Part shown: positions 18,699-27,918 of the stretch, piece after piece
Numbering within the stretch: the stretch's first letter is position 1
Layout of the letters: the number at the start of each line of letters is the position of its first letter
The notes under the pieces: generated by a model
Databases searched by the model: none
What the model was told of the DNA's origin: nothing
What the model saw: only the letters and a program-made list of their open reading frames with translations
Origin: Spirochaetia bacterium
GTDB lineage: Bacteria; Spirochaetota; Spirochaetia; UBA9216
DNA: 64,000 bases
Direction of reading: 5' to 3'
Assembly (NCBI GenBank): GCA_963677925.2
Contig: CAXXYH010000003.1
Location: 1,600,001 to 1,664,000 of the forward strand
Made by a program: the position numbers and the translations under genes

Positions 18699-20476
18699 TC
18701 TGCGCGCTCCTGTACCGGGCCTAAAGTAACTGCCGAACCCGGACTGCCTTTTCTTACATCGGAGAGTTTTTTGCCCTGATGTTCTGCTATAATCTGAGTA
18801 ATCAGCGGTGAGCAGAAACCGCCCTGGCAGCGTCCCATTCCGGGTCTGAGCCGGCGTTTAATTCCGTCAAGCGTGGGCACACAAAGCGGAGAATTCAGAG
18901 CGTCAATAATTTCGCCGCGGCTGACTTCCTCACAGCGGCAGACTATGATTCCATAATCAGGATTTTTCTTTATAAGAGCATCCCTTTCCTCATCACTGAT
19001 TTCCGAAAGTTTTGGTTTTGCTTTGCGGCTCATACTGTATTGGTCTTCTTTTTTCAGCTCTGTTCCGCCGCGGAAAAAATCGACTGCCCATTTACAAATG
19101 TCCACGGCAACAGCTGGCGCAGCAGTAATTCCGGGCGACTGAATACCGGCCGCCTGAAGGATATTCTTTGTGAATATCCCCTTTCTGACCACAAAATCCT
19201 CTTCATAAGTCGCCGCCCGAACACCGGTAAAATATGCAATCACATCAGAATACTTTAAGTCTGCAGCTATATGCTGCTGCATGTTTATTATCGATTCAAC
19301 TTCGGTCCTGTCTGTCGCCGTATTTTCCCGATCCGGAGTCTCTACCGCATTTGGACCGATAAGCATATTTCCATGAACAGAATGAATAAGCCCCACACCC
19401 TTCGTATGGCTTTTACTGGTTATTGTATCGAGGAAAAAACTGATACGCTTTTTGAGCCCTTTAGGTTTATCAGTCTCCTGATAAGGAAGAATACTGAAGG
19501 GTGATTTACCCATGCTTGATCTGACCATGTAACCGGCTTTTTTATCGGTAATTATATTAGTGCCCCGTCTCGGATGAATTGTGAAGGTTCTGTCGTCTGC
19601 CATCTCAGCAATTTCATCCGCATATACACCGGCAGCATTTATCACAAGCCGCGGGTACATTCTACCCCGGTTTGTGAGGACACTTTTTATTTTCCCATCA
19701 TCCACCGTCATACCGGTAACAACAGTATTGAGGCTCAGCCGGACTCCGTTTGAAACAGCATTCTCGGCCATTGCAACGGTCATCTCATAAGGATTTGTTA
19801 TGCCGCCTATAGGCATATACATTCCGCCTATTGCAAAATCAGGGAGTTCAGGTTCATATTTTTTAAGCTCTTCCCTCTTAAGATATTTAACTCCGGGAAT
19901 GCCGAGAAGTTTTGCATTCAGCCTCAGAAGAAAAACAGGAAGGCGCTCCCAGTTTTTGCTGCAGAGCATTATCTGTCCTTCCTGTTCAAATGGAACATCA
20001 AGAGCTTCTGAAAGCCCTGCGTACATTCTGTTGCCTCTGATATTGTAATAGTGCTTCAGTGATTTTCGGGAAAAGTTAATACCGACATGGACAACCCCGC
20101 CGTTTGCCCTGGAGGCTCCTACGGCTACATCCTCGCCCTTTTCAGCAAGAATTACATTCAGGTTGTATTTTGAAAGTTCACGTGCAATGGAACAGCCGGT
20201 TATTCCTCCCCCGATTACAAGCACATCCGGTTTAAGTCCTTCAAGTTCAGAATCATTGATTTCGGGAAGTATCCGATGCTGTGTGAAATTTTTAAGATTT
20301 ATATTATTAATCACACCAAGATAATGCTTCTTATCTACCGCAGCCTGCCCCGCCTTTACAACAGTTTCCCAGCTGTCAACCTCACCTTCCAGAACTATGC
20401 AGTTCCGAACCTCAGATATTTTTATATCAGGAGAAATTTCATTTATCTTTCTGCGGATTTTACTGATACTGCTCAT
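18695..20476 (-). CDS. GlpA/LhgO-like FAD dehydrogenase with N-terminal BON-like and C-terminal BFD [2Fe-2S] domains
   Basis: IGGGITG, ASRANGG, INAAG, IQSPGITAAPA, CRCE...GMGRCQGGFC. Start at 20476 gives an ATGA overlap with the upstream stop. Confidence 0.85.
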   Translation of the reverse strand: MSSISKIRRKINEISPDIKISEVRNCIVLEGEVDSWETVVKAGQAAVDKKHYLGVINNINLKNFTQHRILPEINDSELEGLKPDVLVIGGGITGCSIARELSKYNLNVILAEKGEDVAVGASRANGGVVHVGINFSRKSLKHYYNIRGNRMYAGLSEALDVPFEQEGQIMLCSKNWERLPVFLLRLNAKLLGIPGVKYLKREELKKYEPELPDFAIGGMYMPIGGITNPYEMTVAMAENAVSNGVRLSLNTVVTGMTVDDGKIKSVLTNRGRMYPRLVINAAGVYADEIAEMADDRTFTIHPRRGTNIITDKKAGYMVRSSMGKSPFSILPYQETDKPKGLKKRISFFLDTITSKSHTKGVGLIHSVHGNMLIGPNAVETPDRENTATDRTEVESIINMQQHIAADLKYSDVIAYFTGVRAATYEEDFVVRKGIFTKNILQAAGIQSPGITAAPAVAVDICKWAVDFFRGGTELKKEDQYSMSRKAKPKLSEISDEERDALIKKNPDYGIIVCRCEEVSRGEIIDALNSPLCVPTLDGIKRRLRPGMGRCQGGFCSPLITQIIAEHQGKKLSDVRKGSPGSAVTLGPVQERAE

Positions 20477-21702
20477 ACAATAATTTTTTCCTTTCCCAGA
20501 GACTTCAGCTGCTCTTCGGCACTTTTCTCGGCTGCTCTGCACTTTGCAAAAGCATCTTCCATATTTGTTCCGCAGACTGCCATGCCATGATTCTCCATAA
20601 CGCAGGCTCTGTTTTCCCTGATGGCGGAAACAACATTATCCGACAGTCTTTTCGATGAAGGCAGTCCGTATCCTGCAAGCCTGATTTCTCCGCCCAGCAG
20701 AGTCCTGCTTTCCAGATCAAACGGTATGATTTGTTTATGTGCAGCGGCAAAAACACTGCAGTTTGACGGATGGCTGTGAATGATACAGTTTACATCCGGA
20801 TGTGAAGCAAGAAGGGCTGCATGAAACGACTTTTCACCGGTCGGCTTCACAGCTCCCTCATATTCCAGTGTACTGATATTCACCCTGACAATATCGTATT
20901 CATTGATCGTAGAGTAATCCATTCCAGAAGGTGTACAGAGCATATAGTCCTCATCAAGCCGTACTGAAATATTCCCCCAGGTTCCCTGCACAAGATTACT
21001 TTCCACCAGCCGGTTTCCAAGACTTATGATCTCACCGCGCAGCTTCAGCTCATCCTGTTCAATTTTTCTATCGATATCCGATGCACTCTGATGTTTAACT
21101 GCCGCCGCCTTTTTTGAATAGGCCAGTTTATATGCGATGTGCATCAGCAGTGCTTCAATCAACGGCAGAGGTTTAGCACCCCCAAGCAGTCCGGCCTGAA
21201 CATGTACCTGTGCCGCCTTTTCAATCACAAGTGCTGCAGTGTAGGCTGTGCGCAGATCGGCTCCGACAGCCAGAAGCCCCGGTGCCAGACCCTTTGAAGG
21301 ACCGGTCAGACATGCGCCGTTACCGCCTGTAATTCGATGCAGCCGAAATGTATTAAAAGGAGAACAGTTTTTGACAAAAACCCCTATAATCTGTGCCATA
21401 TCATCAAGAACCGGCGGGATTCTTCCCCCGGCCTCAGCAGCAACCGAACAGAACTTTGACGCGGCTCTGATTACTGCATTAACCTTCCGGCTCCGGCGGA
21501 ATATTCCATAAACAGCAGGATGCCTGCGAAGCAGCTCTACCCTTGTTAAAACCTCAGCATTCTCCCCACCATTTTCAAGAATAAGAAACTGACCGCCGTT
21601 AAATCGTGCTGCAATAACGGAATTATCCAGATCCATTCCGGCGGTCTTAAGTCGTCCGCTGTAATCCAGAAGGCTTTCCGCGGTTTCCTGCTTTTCAGTC
21701 AT
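20473..21702 (-). CDS. Class II aldolase/adducin family, tandem domains
   Basis: C-domain GNISVR, TPSG, PTGEKSFH, IIHSH, NHG; degenerate N-terminal copy. Confidence 0.85.
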   Translation of the reverse strand: MTEKQETAESLLDYSGRLKTAGMDLDNSVIAARFNGGQFLILENGGENAEVLTRVELLRRHPAVYGIFRRSRKVNAVIRAASKFCSVAAEAGGRIPPVLDDMAQIIGVFVKNCSPFNTFRLHRITGGNGACLTGPSKGLAPGLLAVGADLRTAYTAALVIEKAAQVHVQAGLLGGAKPLPLIEALLMHIAYKLAYSKKAAAVKHQSASDIDRKIEQDELKLRGEIISLGNRLVESNLVQGTWGNISVRLDEDYMLCTPSGMDYSTINEYDIVRVNISTLEYEGAVKPTGEKSFHAALLASHPDVNCIIHSHPSNCSVFAAAHKQIIPFDLESRTLLGGEIRLAGYGLPSSKRLSDNVVSAIRENRACVMENHGMAVCGTNMEDAFAKCRAAEKSAEEQLKSLGKEKIIV

Positions 21703-22553
21703 TTACACTCCAGTTCGTTTATTTCCAAAATGGCATCTTTAATTTTCTGCTTCAGGGTTTCGCGCTCACTTTCAATATTCCAGAGGCCCAGCCGTACGAT
21801 CATGAATGGAAGTCTCCAGCATGTAATTTCTTCATCACATATCCCTGAAGCCTTTTTGTACTGCTTCAGATAATTTCTGCAGATGGTTTTTCTGATTCCT
21901 TCAAGGACAGCTGCTGTAATCCTGTTAAAACCGGGAATCATTTCACCTTCGTTAAGGAGAAATAGAGTTGCAGCAACATCGGCAGCGGGTACACCGCGTG
22001 CCGCCGTCATCCAGTCAATTATCGAGGTTGCTTTTGTATCAGACATTATATTATCAGGATGAAAATCAAGATGAAGTATCGAGTTTCCATCAGGAAGGTT
22101 CTGAAGCAGCTCATCAACCATAGCCCTTTCAGTAACCGAAAGAAAATCCAGAGGTTCAGACTTCAGTGCCTCTCTGACCATATCCTTATAGCTTCTAATT
22201 ACTTCAGTTTGAGTTTCATGCATCGCAAGCTGCAGCTGAGCCATAAGCTTAGGGACGTTGAATGCAGTAAGAGGCTTTGCCCCTGCAAGACTTATCAGAG
22301 GCATTCCCGGTATTTTTTCTATTATCAGCCCGGTCTGCGTTCCGACACTTATCTGACCGTAACATTTAACACTTGAGATTCCCCTGGAAAAAGTCTCCTT
22401 CGAGTTTATCTCTTCATTATCTATCAGTTCAGATCCAATTCCTTCATTAAAAAGTTTTATCAGCTGGTTTTCTTTCCACTTATAAATTTTTGAAGACCTG
22501 CTTATAAACAGAGGTTCTCCAAGAACATCCGTACTGCTTAGTTTCTCCTGCAT
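21699..22553 (-). CDS. APH/choline-kinase-like small-molecule phosphotransferase
   Basis: IKLF, HLDFHPDNIM (Brenner motif), IIDW. Confidence 0.8.
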   Translation of the reverse strand: MQEKLSSTDVLGEPLFISRSSKIYKWKENQLIKLFNEGIGSELIDNEEINSKETFSRGISSVKCYGQISVGTQTGLIIEKIPGMPLISLAGAKPLTAFNVPKLMAQLQLAMHETQTEVIRSYKDMVREALKSEPLDFLSVTERAMVDELLQNLPDGNSILHLDFHPDNIMSDTKATSIIDWMTAARGVPAADVAATLFLLNEGEMIPGFNRITAAVLEGIRKTICRNYLKQYKKASGICDEEITCWRLPFMIVRLGLWNIESERETLKQKIKDAILEINELECK

Positions 22554-22611
22554 ACCCTACTCCCGTTATTAATCTTCTCCCTGTTTTGCTGCTACTTAGA
22601 GCTGTACCAAT

Positions 22612-22748
22612 TCACATTTGTGATTCACATATGTTATTTCAATTTTACAAAATAATAAATCAACATCCTGCTCAAGTCAACAAAAACTTTAAGACAGAAA
22701 GACTGAATTTCATCCAAGCTTGACAAGTCACAAATGTGATTATAAGAT
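22612..22748. promoter_or_regulatory. Divergent sigma70 promoters with TCACAWWTGTGA operators
   Basis: Boxes at 22612-22623, 22625-22636 and 22728-22739. Plus strand: TTGACA(22720)-17-TAAGAT. Minus strand: TTGACT(22680)-17-TATTAT. Confidence 0.7.
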
Positions 22749-22782
22749 TTTCAAATCCCGGGTTGCTCAGAGAGGAGTGCTG

Positions 22783-23748
22783 ATGACATTGAATGTTGAT
22801 AAGATGGTGATACTCAGAATTGCAAAGGATTACTATCTTGATCGTCTGAGCCAGCAGGAAATAGCTGATAAAGAGAATATTCACAGATCACAAATTTCAC
22901 GGATACTGAAAATGGCGCGCGAAATGGGCTTTGTCAGCATCAAAATTGCCGCCCCTGAAGATCAGGATCTTGAGACACTGTCGGAACAGCTCTGCTCTTC
23001 ACTGAAACTTGATGATGTGTTTATTGCACCCAGCCTGTCATCGGAAGGAAATCCTGATGAATCACTGTATTTTTTTGCCGCCAGACGACTTGAAGAGGTA
23101 CTGCTTAAAAGCAGGCGGATAGGTATAGGCCTTGGGAAAACCCTGTATCATACCGCCTCACAGCTCACAAAACAGAGCCTTCCTCAGCCTCCGGATTTTT
23201 ACTCTATAGTAGGAACATCCGGAACAGACAACACCTACCTTCAGGCAGGTGTGCTTCTTGACTCTTTTGCAAAGCCGTTCGGAGGAGCATGTCATTACAA
23301 CAATTTTCCAATCTGCATCAACCGTAAACTGATGACAGATCTGGACCTTAACCGTCATAACGAGCTTCTTCAGTCATACAGTCAGCTTGATACAGTGGTG
23401 CTTTCAGTTGGAGGTCCCCTTAATATAGATTATCCATATCTGGAAGAGGTTTCCTTTTTTGGAAAGGAAATAGATACAAGCAAGGCTTTTTCAAGACCGC
23501 ACGGGAATCTGCTTGGTCATGTATTCTACGATGATCACGAAATACTTAAAATGCCTGAAAATTATATGATGACCAGTATGGATCTTCAAACACTGCAGCA
23601 GATTCCGAATGTCATAGCAATCGCAAGCGGTCTGCGCAAAGCTGATGCAATAATAAGCGCCGCCTCTCAGAATTATATCAAATCTCTGATAACCGATGAA
23701 GCAACCGCGCGCGAGATAATCAAAAGAAAGAGTTCAGTCCTGATATAG
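22783..23748 (+). CDS. SorC/DeoR-family sugar-binding transcriptional regulator
   Basis: IAKDYYLDRLSQQEIA..RSQISRILKMAR HTH, IGIGLGKTL, KADAI..LITDE. Start at 22783 after AGGAG. Confidence 0.9.
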   Translation: MTLNVDKMVILRIAKDYYLDRLSQQEIADKENIHRSQISRILKMAREMGFVSIKIAAPEDQDLETLSEQLCSSLKLDDVFIAPSLSSEGNPDESLYFFAARRLEEVLLKSRRIGIGLGKTLYHTASQLTKQSLPQPPDFYSIVGTSGTDNTYLQAGVLLDSFAKPFGGACHYNNFPICINRKLMTDLDLNRHNELLQSYSQLDTVVLSVGGPLNIDYPYLEEVSFFGKEIDTSKAFSRPHGNLLGHVFYDDHEILKMPENYMMTSMDLQTLQQIPNVIAIASGLRKADAIISAASQNYIKSLITDEATAREIIKRKSSVLI

Positions 23749-23770
23749 GCTGATTATTGATATTTAATAT

Positions 23771-24643
23771 TTATCGGGTTAAACCATGGAGTTCCCTGAA
23801 CTCTGAAGGTGCAAGCCCCTTCACCCTTTTATAGGCACGTGTAAAGTTAAACGGAGAGTCGAACCCCAGTTCAATACTTATCTCTTTAACTGTCTTATCA
23901 CCATGCCTGAGTAAATTCTCTGCTTTCTGAAGACGTGATTCCAGATACAGCCTTGCCGGTGAACTGTTGAGGTACTCACTGCATTTCATTGACAATGCTC
24001 TTTTTGACATTCCCATTTTCTCGGCTATCCCTTCAACTCCCAGCGGCTGGGTCAGTCTCTCTTTGAAAACAGAATACAGTCTGGAAACAAAAAGCTGACG
24101 GTCGGAATAATTCCTGAACACCTCAGACAGGGATGTTTCAGGCAAAATTCTTGCGATATGCCAGAAGAGGGTTTCCAGCAGGGAATCCTGAAGAGCTCCG
24201 GAAAAGCGGTCGGTATTTCCTGAAACAGAGGCTTCCTGCTCCATATCCTTCAGGATACTCGCCGCTCCGTCCAGAATAGAAGCACCAATCTGCCCTGAGG
24301 CTGATACCGATGGTGAGAAAAGCGGTTCATTTAGTGAAAAATGGAGAACAAAGTGAGCCTGACTTTTTTTCAGATAATCCTGATGCAGATCTCCGGGCTT
24401 GATTACAACAAACATATTATCGCTTATTTCAAGTTTCTGATGATTGAGACTGAACAGATAGGGTCCATGTTCAACCCAGATTAGCTCATAATTATCATGC
24501 TGATGTTCAGGATATTTATAATCCCTGCCGACCGTCATCCTGTGAAAATCAAGGAAAGAAGGCTTTATCTCTTTGTACATATCCATTACACCGGCTCTGC
24601 GCACATAGTCTTTTCTGTAATAATTATTTATCTCAGCATCCAT
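23771..24643 (-). CDS. AraC-family regulator (cupin + HTH)
   Basis: HQHDNYEL cupin; LGFDSPFNFTRAYK..G.APSEFR. Confidence 0.9.
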   Translation of the reverse strand: MDAEINNYYRKDYVRRAGVMDMYKEIKPSFLDFHRMTVGRDYKYPEHQHDNYELIWVEHGPYLFSLNHQKLEISDNMFVVIKPGDLHQDYLKKSQAHFVLHFSLNEPLFSPSVSASGQIGASILDGAASILKDMEQEASVSGNTDRFSGALQDSLLETLFWHIARILPETSLSEVFRNYSDRQLFVSRLYSVFKERLTQPLGVEGIAEKMGMSKRALSMKCSEYLNSSPARLYLESRLQKAENLLRHGDKTVKEISIELGFDSPFNFTRAYKRVKGLAPSEFRELHGLTR

Positions 24644-24750
24644 TAGCTTATTATAACCCTATTTGCCCGAATTGATATGTCATTTTCCTGTCTGCACATT
24701 CCCGTTTTGAAGCAGTACGGATAGTATTGAGAGTATACCGGAGGATATAG

Positions 24751-25503
24751 ATGATAAGTGTAAAAGATCTGGCAAAAATGATAGACCACTCGCTGCTTCA
24801 CCCGACAATGACTGATGAAATACTGAGAAAGGAATGCGAAACTGCAGTGCAATACGATACAGCATCGGTATGCATCAAACCGTACGCAGTCTCACTCGCA
24901 GCTGAAATACTTGCAGGCACCGAAGTGGCAGTTGGAACTGTAATCGGCTTTCCCCATGGAAACAGCAGTACGGAAATAAAGGTTGCTGAAACTTCCAGGG
25001 CCTGTGCCGAAGGCGCTGCAGAAATTGACATGGTGATAAATATCGGCAAGGCGCTTGGAAAAGAATGGAACTATGTAAAAGATGAAATTGCTGCCGTTAA
25101 TAAGGCTGCAGCAGGCGGGGGTGCACATTTAAAAGTGATTTTTGAGAACGATTATCTTGATGATGAAACGATAATTCAGCTCTGCCGGATCTGCAGTGAA
25201 GTTAAACCGGCATTTGTAAAAACAAGTACCGGCTACGGATTTGTAAAACAGGACAACGGCTTCTACACCTACAAAGGCGCCACCGAAGCTCATCTGAAAC
25301 TGATGCGGGCAAATACTGACAGCAGCATTCAGATTAAGGCTGCAGGCGGAGTCAGAACCCTGAAAGACCTTCTTTACGTCCGTTCAATCGGCGTAACACG
25401 GGCCGGAGCAACTGCAACCGCCGCCATGCTCACAGAGGCAGCGGAAGCTGTCAGCAGGGGAATAGAGCTTGAATCACTTACCCCGCAGCATATGGGCGGC
25501 TGA
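24751..25503 (+). CDS. deoC: Deoxyribose-phosphate aldolase
   Basis: IDHSLL, VIGFPHG, EIDMV, KVIFE, FVKTSTG (Schiff-base Lys), IKAAGG. Confidence 0.93.
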   Translation: MISVKDLAKMIDHSLLHPTMTDEILRKECETAVQYDTASVCIKPYAVSLAAEILAGTEVAVGTVIGFPHGNSSTEIKVAETSRACAEGAAEIDMVINIGKALGKEWNYVKDEIAAVNKAAAGGGAHLKVIFENDYLDDETIIQLCRICSEVKPAFVKTSTGYGFVKQDNGFYTYKGATEAHLKLMRANTDSSIQIKAAGGVRTLKDLLYVRSIGVTRAGATATAAMLTEAAEAVSRGIELESLTPQHMGG

Positions 25504-25514
25504 AAAACCACGCC

Positions 25515-27905
25515 CTATGCATCACCGTAGCTTGTACGGGCTATTATCTCCTCCTGGAGGTCACCGGCAAGCTCGGTGAAATAGGCTGTATAGCCGGCTA
25601 CGCGGACAGTCATACTCCGGTACTTCTCGGGAGTCTCCCTGGCGGCTATCAGGTCTTCCTTCCGCAGAACGTTAAACTGGATGTGGTTTATATTCAGCCG
25701 GACGAAGGTTCTCAGAAAGCCGTTGAACTTTCTGATGCCGTCCTCAGTATAAAAAAACTCAGGAAGAAATTTCATATTAAGCAGGGTTCCGTTGCTTCCG
25801 CAGGCTGCGGGTATTCTTGATACTGATTTCAGCAGGGCTGTAGGACCTTCGATGTCGCGGCCGTACATTGCAGACATACCGCCGTCTGCAAGAGGATCCT
25901 TCGCAAGGCGCCCATCCGGTGATGCGCCTACATTCTGCCCCATCGGGACATGGGCCGAAACTGTATACAGGCCGGTGTGATACCGGCCGCCGCGGGCATT
26001 GGTAAACTCGCCCATGCGTCCTGCAAAGTAATTGACCCATTTTGCGCCTATTGCATCAACCCATTCTTCATCGTTTCCGTATTTCGGCACCCTGTTGAGC
26101 ACCCTCTGCCTGAGAACCTCGTCGGATTCCCAGTTGGTCTGAAGTGCTTTCAGCAGCCGCTCGCCGCTTACGCTTTTTTCATCATAAATAAGCTTCTTGA
26201 TTACTGCAAAGCTGTCGGCAAGATTTGCTACCTGGATGGCCTGAATACCTGACAGGTTGTACCGGGCTCCTCCCGCTGTAACGTCAACACCCTTTTCCAG
26301 ACAGTTATCGATCACCGAGGACAAAAACGCCGAGGGGACAACCTCTGCATGAAAACGGTCAACCCGATCGCACATAAGCATCATCCGGTCGATAAAATGA
26401 TCAAGCTGCTTTGTATACGCGGATTCCAGTTCTTCATAGGTTTTATAATCAGCAAGTGAACCGAGGTCCAGACCGATTTTATCTCCGGTTAAAAGACAGA
26501 TGCCGTTGTTGAGCGTAAGTTCCAGAGCCTTGTTCAGATTAAACATCGCGGCATCACTCCAGCCGAGATTATTGCCGTGGGTTGTGAGTTCGACGCAGCC
26601 TACGATAGCGTAATTTCTGGCATCATCCGGTTCTATTCCCTGGTTCATCAGTGCCGGAACAATACTCTCGTCATTAAAAATCTGGGGCATTCCGCTGCCC
26701 TTACCTATTACCCTGGCGCACTCATCAACCAGATCATCCGGACTGCCCTTGAACAGCCTGGCAGAGAGGTTCGGCTGGGGAAGGCCGATATGTTCCTGCG
26801 CCTTCAGAAACAGGAACGAAAGCTCATTGGATGAGTCCTCACCGGCAGAGGTCTGTCCGCCCAGAGCTACATTGAAACCGATTGGAAAACCGGCGAAGTA
26901 ACGGGCACTCCCTGAATTACGCAGGTATACAATCTGATTAAACTTCAGCCACAGGGCCTCAACCAGTTCAAGTGCTCTATTATAATCTATGAGTCCCTTA
27001 TCCATATCCTTCTTCCAGTAGGGATACAGATACTGATCGGCCCTGCCGGGTGAGAAGGATGAAGCGTTTGATTCCATCTGAAGAATGACGTAGAGGAACC
27101 AGAAAGACTGAAGTGCTTCATGAAAACTTTCCGCCGGTTCAGAAGCAAGCTTGCGGCAAATCCGGGCTACTTCTGAAAAATCAGCTTTAACCTTTTCATC
27201 TGCGGCTTCAGCTGCCAATCTTTCAGCCTCAGCAGCATAACGGAGAATAAACTTAAGAGTGCCTTCAAGAACGGTTTGAACTGCAGTATAGAAATTCAGG
27301 TGATCGTCCGCTGCCTTCAGGGCATTCCGTTTTGCCTCTTCAAGCAGTCCGGCAGGTCCCATGGCAAGCCAGTTTTCAGTATCAGGGCATATATGTCCCT
27401 GCGGATGATCCTTCTGGTTTATCTTTGCAACCTTGCCTATAGCCGAAACCTCATCACCTATACTGCTGTATATTCGATCCTCAAGACTCTTTCCCTTCCA
27501 GTATGGAAGAATCTCTTTTCTGAAAAGTTCAATATCTTCCGGGTGAACATTGAAACGATCCTGGGGCCTGTCGTGCAGATGCTCTATTTCACGGTCTATC
27601 CAGGAAATCCCTGCATCCGGTGAAACAACTCCCGCTCTTACACCTGCAGTACGGTTTCCAACTATCAGCTCTCCTTCATCAATTCTGATTTCAATTCTCT
27701 CCAGGGCCGCAGCAAGAGCCATTGCCCGTTTAAGCTCAATCGGCTTATCCTCATTCTGCTTATAAACAGAAGTAACTATCCGGGCCTGTTCTATGGAAAG
27801 ATAGCGCGGTTCATCAAGCATCGCGTCCTTTAATCTTCCTATCCTTTCTGATAGTTCAAGATTTTTAATTTCTTTTACATATCTGCTTCTGTCGTTATTG
27901 TTCAT
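25515..27905 (-). CDS. Glycyl radical enzyme, PflD-like (PFL2 clade)
   Basis: GCVE thiyl loop (single Cys) and RVAGY glycyl loop. ESNASS, SARYFAGFP and YTVSAHVP segments match my recollection of E. coli PflD. Confidence 0.9.
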   Translation of the reverse strand: MNNNDRSRYVKEIKNLELSERIGRLKDAMLDEPRYLSIEQARIVTSVYKQNEDKPIELKRAMALAAALERIEIRIDEGELIVGNRTAGVRAGVVSPDAGISWIDREIEHLHDRPQDRFNVHPEDIELFRKEILPYWKGKSLEDRIYSSIGDEVSAIGKVAKINQKDHPQGHICPDTENWLAMGPAGLLEEAKRNALKAADDHLNFYTAVQTVLEGTLKFILRYAAEAERLAAEAADEKVKADFSEVARICRKLASEPAESFHEALQSFWFLYVILQMESNASSFSPGRADQYLYPYWKKDMDKGLIDYNRALELVEALWLKFNQIVYLRNSGSARYFAGFPIGFNVALGGQTSAGEDSSNELSFLFLKAQEHIGLPQPNLSARLFKGSPDDLVDECARVIGKGSGMPQIFNDESIVPALMNQGIEPDDARNYAIVGCVELTTHGNNLGWSDAAMFNLNKALELTLNNGICLLTGDKIGLDLGSLADYKTYEELESAYTKQLDHFIDRMMLMCDRVDRFHAEVVPSAFLSSVIDNCLEKGVDVTAGGARYNLSGIQAIQVANLADSFAVIKKLIYDEKSVSGERLLKALQTNWESDEVLRQRVLNRVPKYGNDEEWVDAIGAKWVNYFAGRMGEFTNARGGRYHTGLYTVSAHVPMGQNVGASPDGRLAKDPLADGGMSAMYGRDIEGPTALLKSVSRIPAACGSNGTLLNMKFLPEFFYTEDGIRKFNGFLRTFVRLNINHIQFNVLRKEDLIAARETPEKYRSMTVRVAGYTAYFTELAGDLQEEIIARTSYGDA

Positions 27906-27918
27906 TTCTCATTCCCCC

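Noticed and set aside
21699-22553. Aminoglycoside resistance gene
   Set aside because: Only the fold motifs match. Coupling to an aldolase under a sugar regulator indicates a metabolic kinase.
25515-27905. Pyruvate formate-lyase (PflB) or choline TMA-lyase
   Set aside because: It has a single-Cys GCVE loop rather than the PflB Cys-Cys pair, PflD-type motifs, and no microcompartment/cut genes nearby.
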